Virus record (IMG/VR): IMGVR_UViG_3300043812_000016
Span: 79,483-143,482 of that record
Length of the DNA stretch: 64,000 bases
Origin: a virus
Lineage: Duplodnaviria > Caudoviricetes
Strand: one strand, 5' to 3'
Both the position numbers and the translations under genes were made by a program. Below, in pieces: positions 10,766 to 19,222 of this stretch. The notes below the pieces were generated by a model that saw nothing but the letters and a program-made list of their open reading frames with translations, did not search any database and was not told the DNA's origin. Each line of letters starts with the position of its first letter. Within the stretch, counting starts at the first letter, position 1.

Positions 10766-11299
10766 ATGTATGCACTTTATAATACAAAGACTGGTAATTA
10801 TGTAAAATCAATTGGTACTTCTGCTTTTGATAATGCGAAGATTTATTCTGAAACGGCTATGCTGGCTGAAGTTCCTTTTCTTAGTAAAGATCTTTATACA
10901 GCAGACCAGTTAAAGAATTTTAACACCCTAGCTAATATGGCTGATAACACTTTAGGTAATAAGGCTGTATCAATTGAAGATTCACTTAATTGGGGGTTAA
11001 ATAAGGTAAGTTCTCTGCTTTATTCTACTACCCGTGATATTTATAATAAGGATCTTATTAAAGGTGAAGATTTGGGGTCATTAACAGACACTTTTATTTC
11101 AATGATGTCTAGCTATCTTGATTTTGACGTTAATGCTTATCTAAAGGATAAAGCTACTTATTTAGCTACTTTTAATGGACCAATTAATGATGAATTGGCT
11201 AAGAAAGCACAAGAAGCTCAGAATGCTAAGAAACAAGCACAGGCTGAGAATGATCAGAAGCAAGCTGAGATTGACGCAAAGAATAAAGTAAAGGATTAA
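10766..11299 (+). CDS. Hypothetical protein, paralog of 11316
   Basis: N-terminal YALYN.K...VK shared with next gene. Confidence 0.65.
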   Translation: MYALYNTKTGNYVKSIGTSAFDNAKIYSETAMLAEVPFLSKDLYTADQLKNFNTLANMADNTLGNKAVSIEDSLNWGLNKVSSLLYSTTRDIYNKDLIKGEDLGSLTDTFISMMSSYLDFDVNAYLKDKATYLATFNGPINDELAKKAQEAQNAKKQAQAENDQKQAEIDAKNKVKD

Positions 11300-11315
11300 G
11301 GTAGGGTGTTAAACT

Positions 11316-11765
11316 ATGAAATATGCTCTTTATAACAATAAGGAAAATAAGTTTGTTAAGCTTTTAGCTACTCGAATGCTAAGTCATGAAACTATTTATG
11401 AATTAACATCTGATGTGGAAGAAGTTAAAGAATTGACTGATAAGCCATATACAGAAGCAGAACTACATCATTTTGAAGAAGTAGCTGGAGTAGAAAAAGG
11501 GTCTTTTGAAAATTACAAATTAAGTATGCAAGATGAGGAGGCTTATACGGTATATAATGCAGGAGACAAAGCTTTGCAATCTATCCATGATTATTTGTGT
11601 ATGTTAGATCCTCGTAATGTAGATGGTATTGCCGATTTTGTAGATCGGATTCAGTTGGCTATTTATAATGTGACTGACTTTGATATGGAAGAATATTTTG
11701 AAGATAAAGATTATTATTTAGATGATTTAAGAGGGGAGAATGACTGGGACAATGAAGATGATTAG
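11316..11765 (+). CDS. Hypothetical acidic protein, paralog of 10766
   Basis: Shared N-terminal motif and DFD...Y..DK..YL motif. Confidence 0.65.
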   Translation: MKYALYNNKENKFVKLLATRMLSHETIYELTSDVEEVKELTDKPYTEAELHHFEEVAGVEKGSFENYKLSMQDEEAYTVYNAGDKALQSIHDYLCMLDPRNVDGIADFVDRIQLAIYNVTDFDMEEYFEDKDYYLDDLRGENDWDNEDD

Positions 11766-12099
11766 CCTAGTAGTTGGGTTATTATGTATTATTCTTATCC
11801 TATCTGTTGCTTATCTTATTAAGAGAGTAAATAAGCTAATTGACTATGTTTTAGGTAAAGATGATTCACTTATCAATCTTAGTGTTCCTGATACGTCATA
11901 TATTGAATTACCAGACTATCTTTTCGTGCTATCAGTTTTTAGTAAACCTATTAATGACCGTATAATTATTGGGGTCTATAGCAGTAGTGATAAGGCAAAA
12001 GAACGACTTAACTATTATAAAAAGTCATTTAGACATCCTGAAAATTATACAGATTATCGAATTGACCCTATTCCTAATAATTTAGAGGAGGATAAGTAG
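11740..12099 (+). CDS. Membrane-anchored hypothetical protein
   Basis: N-terminal TM; C-terminal IIGVYSS.DKA motif. Confidence 0.6.
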   Translation: MTGTMKMISLVVGLLCIILILSVAYLIKRVNKLIDYVLGKDDSLINLSVPDTSYIELPDYLFVLSVFSKPINDRIIIGVYSSSDKAKERLNYYKKSFRHPENYTDYRIDPIPNNLEEDK

Positions 12100-12620
12100 T
12101 GGAATATTTATTTGCTATCTTTTTGGGTGGGGTAATGTTTGGTGTAGGCTTATCTGGACTAGTTAAGTTTATTTTAGTTATATTTAATAATAAGAAAGGA
12201 AACTCTAAACCTAAGTCTGTTACTTATGATGATAAAACTCTTATTAAGAAGTCATATCCTCTTGTTAGTACTCATTATACCGCACAGGAGATCAAGGATA
12301 GAGTTCATGACAATCGAGATCAGCATAGACAAGACGTTGTGGACGTTTTCTTTAGTCAATTAAACTTTGCAATTAGTCATGACTATTTAGGATCATCTTA
12401 TGTAATAAATGTTGACTTATACGAGAGAGCCAGTCTTCCTGATGTTTTCATTTCTTCTAAGGACTTAGAATTTTTGAGATTATATTTATCTATTTATTAT
12501 GGATTTGATACAAAGATCGAAAAACAAAGTGGCTATCACGATGTTGATTATTTATTTTTAATAGTATCTTGGGAAGATCCTAAAGTACCCTTGATTGTTT
12601 TTAATAAAGGAGAAGATTAA
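12099..12620 (+). CDS. Membrane-anchored hypothetical protein
   Basis: N-terminal TM. Confidence 0.6.
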   Translation: MEYLFAIFLGGVMFGVGLSGLVKFILVIFNNKKGNSKPKSVTYDDKTLIKKSYPLVSTHYTAQEIKDRVHDNRDQHRQDVVDVFFSQLNFAISHDYLGSSYVINVDLYERASLPDVFISSKDLEFLRLYLSIYYGFDTKIEKQSGYHDVDYLFLIVSWEDPKVPLIVFNKGED

Positions 12621-13147
12621 TGGTTATTAATGACTACAGTTTGATTATTGGTATCATTATTGGTATTTCTATTACTGTTATTATAGGCTTGATTGCTATA
12701 AATCGAGAACCTAAGGTTGAGTTGGAACCTCAAAAGGTTAAATTACCTGAGAAACAATCTTCTGATGATATAGCTTCAATAAAAAATGAGATAAGTAAGC
12801 TGTGGAACGCTCTTTCAGATATTGGTCAAAAAAGCGAAAAGTTCTTTGATAGCTATAGTGATAGATTAGTAAGTGTTGAACAGCATATAGGTACTGATTT
12901 AAAGAACGATGATCCTCGTAGACATCTGCGTGTTAATGGGTTTAATCGTCCAGTTGTTTTTGTTGTTAATTATACATATAATGACGGATATGGCCCTTTT
13001 AATTGTTCTGATGCTTTTGCTTATAAAGAAGACGCTTATGCTTTTGTTAGAAAGTTAAAAGAATCCTTAGGTAGTGTAAAAGATATATCAATTAGTCCTA
13101 TGATTGTTTATCTTGATAAGGATAAAACACTAGATAATGTGGATTAA
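12620..13147 (+). CDS. Membrane-anchored hypothetical protein
   Basis: N-terminal TM and coiled coil. Confidence 0.6.
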   Translation: MVINDYSLIIGIIIGISITVIIGLIAINREPKVELEPQKVKLPEKQSSDDIASIKNEISKLWNALSDIGQKSEKFFDSYSDRLVSVEQHIGTDLKNDDPRRHLRVNGFNRPVVFVVNYTYNDGYGPFNCSDAFAYKEDAYAFVRKLKESLGSVKDISISPMIVYLDKDKTLDNVD

Positions 13148-13160
13148 TCTTTAGCAAAGG

Positions 13161-13189
13161 TTGACAACCATGGGTGTATGCTTTATACT
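13161..13189 (+). promoter_or_regulatory. Consensus sigmaA promoter for sRNA1
   Basis: TTGACA-17-TATACT. Confidence 0.85.
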
Positions 13190-13194
13190 AATAA

Positions 13195-13285
13195 TGTTCC
13201 TTAATTCAGTAAGGAAATTGTTTCAAACTTTTATCTGAATTCTTTGTTTGTTTTTCTTTGGCAGGGTTTGTCCCTGTTTTTTTTT
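13195..13285 (+). ncRNA. Candidate ~90-nt sRNA1
   Basis: Lies between a consensus promoter and terminator GGCAGGG-TTTGT-CCCTGTT + T-run. 5' hairpin TTCCTTA/TAAGGAA; no SD-led ORF. Confidence 0.65.
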
Positions 13286-13329
13286 ATCTTAGCTATTGTA
13301 TTTTAATTAAAGTGTGATATACTATAATC

Positions 13330-13452
13330 ATGGTTATGTTAATGAATTATTTAGTTTGACTGGCAGAGACTCGATAATTGTTATACATTACCTTCTTTAT
13401 TAAGATTAGTCGATTAAAAGAGTGCTTATCCTGTTGGGTAGGCGCTCTTTTT
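13330..13452 (+). ncRNA. Candidate ~120-nt sRNA2
   Basis: Promoter TTGTAT-16-TGnTATACT (13296-13323); terminator AAAAGAGTGCTTATCC/GGGTAGGCGCTCTTTT; anti-SD tract CCTTCTTT. Confidence 0.6.
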
Positions 13453-13514
13453 ATTTTGTATATTGTAGATCATACCTGATGAAGTTATAATTAACTTGTA
13501 TAGGAGGTTTTAAA

Positions 13515-14681
13515 ATGAGTAGAAGAAAAACAATAGAAGAATTTAAGCAGGAAGTTTACAATTTAGTAGGTAACGAGTATACAGTAAAGTCTAATACATA
13601 CGTTAATGCTCATACTAAGTTGTTGATAATACATAATAAGTGTGGCTATGGGTGGAAGGTTACACCTCTTAGATTTAATCGTGGACAACGTTGTCCCATC
13701 TGCTCTAAAAAGCCTAAGGATAGTGCTGAGAGGTTAGCCTATGAGGTTTTAATAGATACAAATAATAATTGGTATTTAGATTATAATACTAAATCTGATA
13801 TTTTTCTTACTAGTAGGGTTAATCTTATTAATTGGAAGACAGGAGAATCAGTGAATTTAACTTGGAACAAATTTAGGGTAGGAGGCATTAATGACTCATC
13901 TTTTAAATATTTAGTTAGTAGTATTAAGAATAATTCAGTAAAGAAACGAGTTCAGTTAACTAAATTAGCTATTAGTAAAATTACTCCACCCTTAGTATTT
14001 AAACATCATTTTGACTCGATTGTTAATGGTAATTATATGTTACTTAGTCCTTATCAAGGTTCAAATAAAAAGATTAAAGTGAAACATCTTGTCTGTGGAA
14101 ATACTTATTGGGTAAGGCAGGATAAGTTTATTAATGAGGGCCAAAGATGTGCTTGGTGTGCTTCGCATCACAGCATTCAATCCTATAGTAAGAGACTTAG
14201 TGATGTTAGTAAGTCTCGATATATACTTATAAATAATAATGAGTTTAAGAATAGCAAGTCTTATGCTACTTATTTGTGTACTCGTTGTGGACGTAGGTTT
14301 AAGCAACGTGCTGATTTAATGTTGCAGGGGTATGGTTGCCCTTATTGTAATCAGTCTACTGGGGAGAGATTAGTTGATAGGGTCCTTTCACAGGTCTACC
14401 AATTAGAGGAGTCTCAAGATTTTTACTATGGTTATGTATTGCCTAATAAATTACATTTAGACTTCTATTTACCTTCATCTAACTTAGCTATTGAATATGA
14501 TGGTAAACAACATTATGTACCTGTAGACTATTTTGGTGGAGAAGAAGGATTTAAAAAGATTCAAGATAGGGATAGAAAAAAAGATAAGTATTGTAAGGAG
14601 TGTGGTATCAAGCTAATTAGGATTCCCTATACTATTAATACCTATAGAGGGATAAAAGAGCTACTAGCCTCTTACCTGTGA
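13515..14681 (+). CDS. Free-standing homing-endonuclease-like protein: H..CG/CPxC zinc-ribbon repeats + Vsr/DUF559-like PD-(D/E)XK nuclease
   Basis: C-terminal HLDFYLP...AIEYDGKQH...RDRKKDKYC...IKLIRIPY; own promoter TTGTAG-17-TATAAT at 13463-13491. Confidence 0.8.
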   Translation: MSRRKTIEEFKQEVYNLVGNEYTVKSNTYVNAHTKLLIIHNKCGYGWKVTPLRFNRGQRCPICSKKPKDSAERLAYEVLIDTNNNWYLDYNTKSDIFLTSRVNLINWKTGESVNLTWNKFRVGGINDSSFKYLVSSIKNNSVKKRVQLTKLAISKITPPLVFKHHFDSIVNGNYMLLSPYQGSNKKIKVKHLVCGNTYWVRQDKFINEGQRCAWCASHHSIQSYSKRLSDVSKSRYILINNNEFKNSKSYATYLCTRCGRRFKQRADLMLQGYGCPYCNQSTGERLVDRVLSQVYQLEESQDFYYGYVLPNKLHLDFYLPSSNLAIEYDGKQHYVPVDYFGGEEGFKKIQDRDRKKDKYCKECGIKLIRIPYTINTYRGIKELLASYL

Positions 14682-14682
14682 T

Positions 14683-14711
14683 GGGGTGTCTATTAAATTA
14701 GACACCTTTTT
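14683..14711 (+). terminator. Intrinsic terminator
   Basis: GGTGTCTA...TAGACACC followed by a T-run. Confidence 0.7.
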
Positions 14712-14791
14712 GTTTTGTTCTATATTAATTATTGACCACTAAGATATATCTTAAAATTTTACTTTTCTAATTAGAAAGGAGTTGTCGATAA

Positions 14792-15473
14792 TTGGCAACT
14801 GTAGCAGGACAAACGGTAAACACGGGTAACCGAATTTATATTATGTGTAAGAACCATTTAATTGCACGTGCTCAAAGTTTGACAGCTAATAGAAGTTACG
14901 GTACCGAAGGGGTATACGAAATCGGATCCATTAACTAGCATAGTGGTGGTTAACAGTAATGTTAATTGAAAAATTCTACTAAACGGGTAAAGCTGAATAA
15001 CTGAATTGAATAGGCTAGTAAGAAAGGCTACGTCCAGAGGTGGATAGAGCTAACCAACCGTTCTAAAACAAAAGACTAACGATTAAGTCCTTATTAGATT
15101 AAGATAAGGTAATGTAGAACCTCTTATAGAGAGGAAGATATAATCTAATCTTTTTAGAAATAAGTAGTTAATATAATGTATGCCAAGGGAACACGTATAC
15201 CTCAAATATACGGGTTCTCTTACACTAGAAAGATTTCGTATGGTACGAGATAACCTTGCATCTAAACAAATGGATATAGCCCATCTGGGAGAAGACATCT
15301 TGCAAGCTGACGTTTTAACCATTTCTGTAATGGATAGCGTTACTAAAATGGTAGTCGAAGCGTTTTACGGATGCAGTGCTTCCACCTACAACACCAGTTA
15401 TAGAGCCAATCAAATCGTATCTGAATCTATTGAGTTTCTTTACCTCAGCTCTTCGACTGGCTCACAGTCATAA
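14792..15473 (+). CDS. Tail tube protein, spliced: join(14792..14931,15179..15473), 144 aa
   Basis: SD AGAAAGGAG, TTG start. Spliced product MATVAGQTVNTGNRIY...RAQS...YGTEGVYEIGSI|MPREHVYLKYTG...EFLYL matches the Twort/K-type tail tube signature. Confidence 0.9.
14932..15178 (+). mobile_element. Group I intron, 247 nt, no ORF
   Basis: Exon ends in U, intron ends in G. P1 CCAU|UA:UAGUGG with U.G; P10 GCAUA:UAUGC; P3 UUCUAC:GUAGAA; P4 AACGG:CCGUU; P7 AGAUUA:UAAUCU; P8 CCUCU:AGAGG; S-like AAGAUAUAAUCU. Confidence 0.9.
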
Positions 15474-15511
15474 TTATTATATGGTGTATTGATAACTAAA
15501 TAAATTAATTT

Positions 15512-15560
15512 AATAGCGTATATCATAATCTAATATCTAGGTAACGATATACGCTATTTT
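15512..15560. terminator. Inverted repeat / terminator after the tail tube gene
   Basis: ATAGCGTATATC...GATATACGCTAT followed by TTT. Confidence 0.6.
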
Positions 15561-15643
15561 ATATGCTTTATTTCTTTTGATAAAATATACTCTTGAATGA
15601 TAAATTAATTGGGGTATAATTATATAAGAAAGAAGGAATAGTA

Positions 15644-17491
15644 TTGAAAAAATTAACTTTTGAAGAATTTAATTATAGGGCACAGCGTATGCTAGGATCT
15701 AGTTATGTTTTTTACCCTCCATATAAGGATATGAAAACGCCTATTAAATATAAGCATTTAGTGTGTGGGACTACTGGAACTTTAATTCCTGATAATATTT
15801 TTAGAGGTAAAGCTAAATGTAAGTATTGTAGTATGAGGAGGAGATCTGGTAGACGTATGATAACAGACGATGAGTTTAGGAAGAGGCTACATAAAGTTCG
15901 CCCTAGCGATGATATTATTTTACTTGAGCCTATACATGGTATTTTTAAGAAAACCAAGGCAAAATGTCTCGTGTGTGGGTATGGTTCAAAAGGTGAATGG
16001 ACTCCTCTTCCAGTTAACTTATTAAAGGGTAAAGGGTGTCCTAATTGTGCAGGTAATGCTCCTAAAACACCAGATAGTGTAATTAAAGAAGTTAGAGATT
16101 TAGGGAATGGTGAGTATGAATTATTAGGAACTAAGAGAACTAAAAAAGATGGTTTATGGTTACATTTACTCCATAAAGAGTGCGAAAATGATTATTGGGT
16201 TCGTGACTATAGTTTCATACATGGTTATCGTTGTAAATTTTGTGCTAACAAAGCAACAGGCGACAGATGTAGGCTATCCTTAGACGAAGTTAAGCAACGA
16301 ATTACAAGGGTTGCTGATGGTCGTTATACATATGTAAGTGGTAATTATAAGAACAACCAAAGCCCTATCTATGTAAGGCACAACGTATGTGGTACTGTGT
16401 TTAAAACCACATGGGGGCAACTTAGTGCTAATAAGGGCTTGTGTCCTAATTGTGGGTCTTCTAATGGTGAACAGGCGATTATGAACTATTTAGTATCACA
16501 CAGGGTTAGTTACTCTTATGGCTACTTAATTCCAGACTTAATAGATAAGAAAAATCTTCACTTTGACTTCTGGTTGCCTCAAGTCAATACTGCTATAGAA
16601 TATGATGGTCAACAGCATTTTAAGCCTGTCGATTTGTTTGGAGGTAAAGAGCGCTATGAATTACAGAAGAAACACGATAGGATGAAAGATGATTACTGTA
16701 AGAAAAAAGGTATTAATTTAATTAGGATTAAGTATAATGAAAATATTAAAGATACTTTAAATTGTTATCTTTTACCTCTAGTAGATAAGCTTAGTGATGT
16801 TGATTTTAGAAAGGTAGAAAGTACAGAGCTTAATGAGTTAATGATTAAGTATCATTATTTACACCGTAAAGTGACTACTTCTTATTGTTATGGTTTATAT
16901 TATCGAGGAAGTCTGGCAGGAATGGTAACATATACGAGACCTAGAATTAGCCTTGCTCAGTCAATCTCGCCTTTAGCTAATAAAGATAACACCCTAGAAT
17001 TATCCCGATTATACATAAAAGACGAAGTAAGCCAAAACTTAAAGAATATTACTTCTAAGTTTGTCTCATGGACTTTAAGACAATTAAAGCAAGAGCAAGA
17101 TGGCAACTGGTTTATTATCTCTTTTGCCGATCAAGGTATGCACCATACGGGAGCAATCTATCAAGCTACTAATTTCTTATACTGTGGGACTACTAAACAT
17201 CGTGAATACTCTTGGAATGGATATGGTAAGCATGGCGGTGTATGGGAAAAAGGTCATTACTATAGGTATATGATAATTAGTCCTATCAAATATCGTTACA
17301 TTATGTTCTTAGGATCAAAGACTTTTAAGAAACAAGCCCGTAAGACCCTTAAATTTGATATTGAACCTTATCCTAAACAAGATAGCGTTCACTATTCTGT
17401 AGGTGATACAGAGGAAAGACTAATTCGAGACCGAGAAACTGGTAAGATTTGGAAAGAGTCTGAGTTAGTTAAACATCTAAAGAAAGATTAA
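15644..17491 (+). CDS. Zinc-ribbon-repeat Vsr/DUF559-like endonuclease fused to a Mom-family (GNAT) DNA-modification domain
   Basis: Four H..C/CxxC repeats; HFDFWLP..AIEYDGQQH; then HYLHR...LELSRL...SFAD..H.G.IYQATNF.Y.G typical of Mom-like proteins; promoter TTGAAT-16-TATAAT at 15593-15620. Confidence 0.8.
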   Translation: MKKLTFEEFNYRAQRMLGSSYVFYPPYKDMKTPIKYKHLVCGTTGTLIPDNIFRGKAKCKYCSMRRRSGRRMITDDEFRKRLHKVRPSDDIILLEPIHGIFKKTKAKCLVCGYGSKGEWTPLPVNLLKGKGCPNCAGNAPKTPDSVIKEVRDLGNGEYELLGTKRTKKDGLWLHLLHKECENDYWVRDYSFIHGYRCKFCANKATGDRCRLSLDEVKQRITRVADGRYTYVSGNYKNNQSPIYVRHNVCGTVFKTTWGQLSANKGLCPNCGSSNGEQAIMNYLVSHRVSYSYGYLIPDLIDKKNLHFDFWLPQVNTAIEYDGQQHFKPVDLFGGKERYELQKKHDRMKDDYCKKKGINLIRIKYNENIKDTLNCYLLPLVDKLSDVDFRKVESTELNELMIKYHYLHRKVTTSYCYGLYYRGSLAGMVTYTRPRISLAQSISPLANKDNTLELSRLYIKDEVSQNLKNITSKFVSWTLRQLKQEQDGNWFIISFADQGMHHTGAIYQATNFLYCGTTKHREYSWNGYGKHGGVWEKGHYYRYMIISPIKYRYIMFLGSKTFKKQARKTLKFDIEPYPKQDSVHYSVGDTEERLIRDRETGKIWKESELVKHLKKD

Positions 17492-17612
17492 GGGGAATTA
17501 AGAAAGAGGTATAACAACGAAACTGTTGGAGAATATTCTTTCTTTTTATAATTAAGTATTGACAACCTGTCTATTCTATTGTATTATAATAGCTGTAAAG
17601 GAGTTGTTAAGT

Positions 17613-18227
17613 ATGCGAAGAAAAACTGATAAAGAATTTAAACAAGAATTGCATGATTTAGTAGGTGATGAATATACAGCTTTAGATCATTATGAGAAAG
17701 GAACAATTAAGATTCATATTAAGCATAATAAATGTGGTCATGTGCTATATGTTTATCCTTTGGCTTTTTTACAGAGACCTCACTGCCCTTATTGTAGTGG
17801 TCGCCCACGTTACACCCCAGCAGAGTATAGGGAGTATGTAAAAGAAATGACTAATGACGAATACGAGGTTTTAGATGATTTTGTAAATAATAGGACACCA
17901 ATTCGTTATAAGCATAAGAAATGTGGTACTGTATTTAAGACTCTTCCTAATACCTTTAGTGTTGGGTCTGCTCGCTGTCCTGTATGTGCTAATAAGATTC
18001 GTTCTAAGAAGCAATCCTTAACTACTGAGGAATTTAAGGAGCGAGTTCGTAACTTACCACATGGAGACGAATTCGAAGTTCTATCTGAATATAAAGGCTA
18101 CCACCAACGTGTTACCTTTAAGCATAAGAAGTGTGATACTGTATGGATGACTACCCCAGCCAGTTTCTTTCTTAGTAAACATAAGTGTCCGGTATGTGCA
18201 ATTAATTCAACTAGAAAGGTTAAGTAA
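17613..18227 (+). CDS. Zinc-ribbon-repeat protein without a nuclease domain
   Basis: Three KH.KC..CP.C repeats only; AAGGAG SD; TTGACA promoter at 17559. Confidence 0.75.
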   Translation: MRRKTDKEFKQELHDLVGDEYTALDHYEKGTIKIHIKHNKCGHVLYVYPLAFLQRPHCPYCSGRPRYTPAEYREYVKEMTNDEYEVLDDFVNNRTPIRYKHKKCGTVFKTLPNTFSVGSARCPVCANKIRSKKQSLTTEEFKERVRNLPHGDEFEVLSEYKGYHQRVTFKHKKCDTVWMTTPASFFLSKHKCPVCAINSTRKVK

Positions 18228-18229
18228 TC

Positions 18230-19222
18230 ATGGAAGAAGTAATTAAAAACTATTTAGATAATGTAGATAAAGTAGAAGAAGGATTATCCCGAAAGAAGAA
18301 GCTGTTAAATAAGTTTGACAATATTTCAGATCTATTTAATTTCTTATATGTAGGTAATCTTACTAAGGACTTATCCTTCTATGATCCTAGCCATGACTCC
18401 TTAGTTTTAGACGATGGTTTGTTTAATGGTAATGAAAAGGCAATGAGAGAGGCTTTGGGGGCTGAATTTAAGAAAAGGTTAGAAAGTATCGGAATTAAGA
18501 ATGTGGGGGTAGACACGGATGGCTGGAGATTAGGATTTAATATTCCGTCTCCTTACTCTAATGATATTGTAATTGAGTCTTTAATCCCCAACCATAATGT
18601 TAAGTTAAATTATTATGCAGACGTTAACTCTTTAAACCAGTTATCCAGAGTAGACGAAATTAATATTGACTTAGTTCTAAAGTACTTTAATCCAATGGCT
18701 AACTATGGACGTTTTAAATGGGATCTAAAAGGTATCATTGCTCAATCAGCGAATGGGCATGATAATGAGTTTTGGTATGATGATTTATTAACTGCTTTAT
18801 CGACAGATCGTGACTATTTAATTCAATGCTTGACCTTATTTAGGGGTATGCAATATGATGATGACTCTATAGAATATCCTAATTACTTGTCTGAACGGTT
18901 AAAGAGTACTGTTGAAAGATTAGAGTCTATCCATGCTTATACCCAAAAGGGTTTAGCTAAAAAGATTAAAAAGGAACTTAAAAAGTCATACTTAGAACAT
19001 CAAATTGATATTATGATTAAGCCTAAGTATTTCTACTACAATCGGAAATTTAACCAGTTTAAGCAAGATATTGACCACGCAGAAATATGGAGTAACACTA
19101 TTGAACTTCGTAAGTCTACAGAAGATTATTACCGTGGTATCTTTACTGGGCTATTTAATAAGAAAGTTAATATTAACTGGTTTGTTAAAAATTATAATGA
19201 CGATTATGTAAAATTTAAATAA
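18230..19222 (+). CDS. Hypothetical protein
   Basis: 330-aa ORF coupled to upstream gene. Confidence 0.7.
   Translation: MEEVIKNYLDNVDKVEEGLSRKKKLLNKFDNISDLFNFLYVGNLTKDLSFYDPSHDSLVLDDGLFNGNEKAMREALGAEFKKRLESIGIKNVGVDTDGWRLGFNIPSPYSNDIVIESLIPNHNVKLNYYADVNSLNQLSRVDEINIDLVLKYFNPMANYGRFKWDLKGIIAQSANGHDNEFWYDDLLTALSTDRDYLIQCLTLFRGMQYDDDSIEYPNYLSERLKSTVERLESIHAYTQKGLAKKIKKELKKSYLEHQIDIMIKPKYFYYNRKFNQFKQDIDHAEIWSNTIELRKSTEDYYRGIFTGLFNKKVNINWFVKNYNDDYVKFK

Noticed and set aside
13194-13359. Leaderless peptides MFLNSVRKLFQTFI and MVMLMNYLV at the sRNA 5' ends
   Set aside because: Too short and without support; cannot be excluded without ribosome profiling
13150-13460. CRISPR mini-array or tracrRNA mimic
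   Set aside because: No direct repeat-spacer structure and no repeat I recognise
15106-15116. 11-nt perfect complement between sRNA2 (TACATTACCTT) and the intron near P3
   Set aside because: An AT-rich 11-mer match is expected by chance at this scale; not counted as evidence for splicing control
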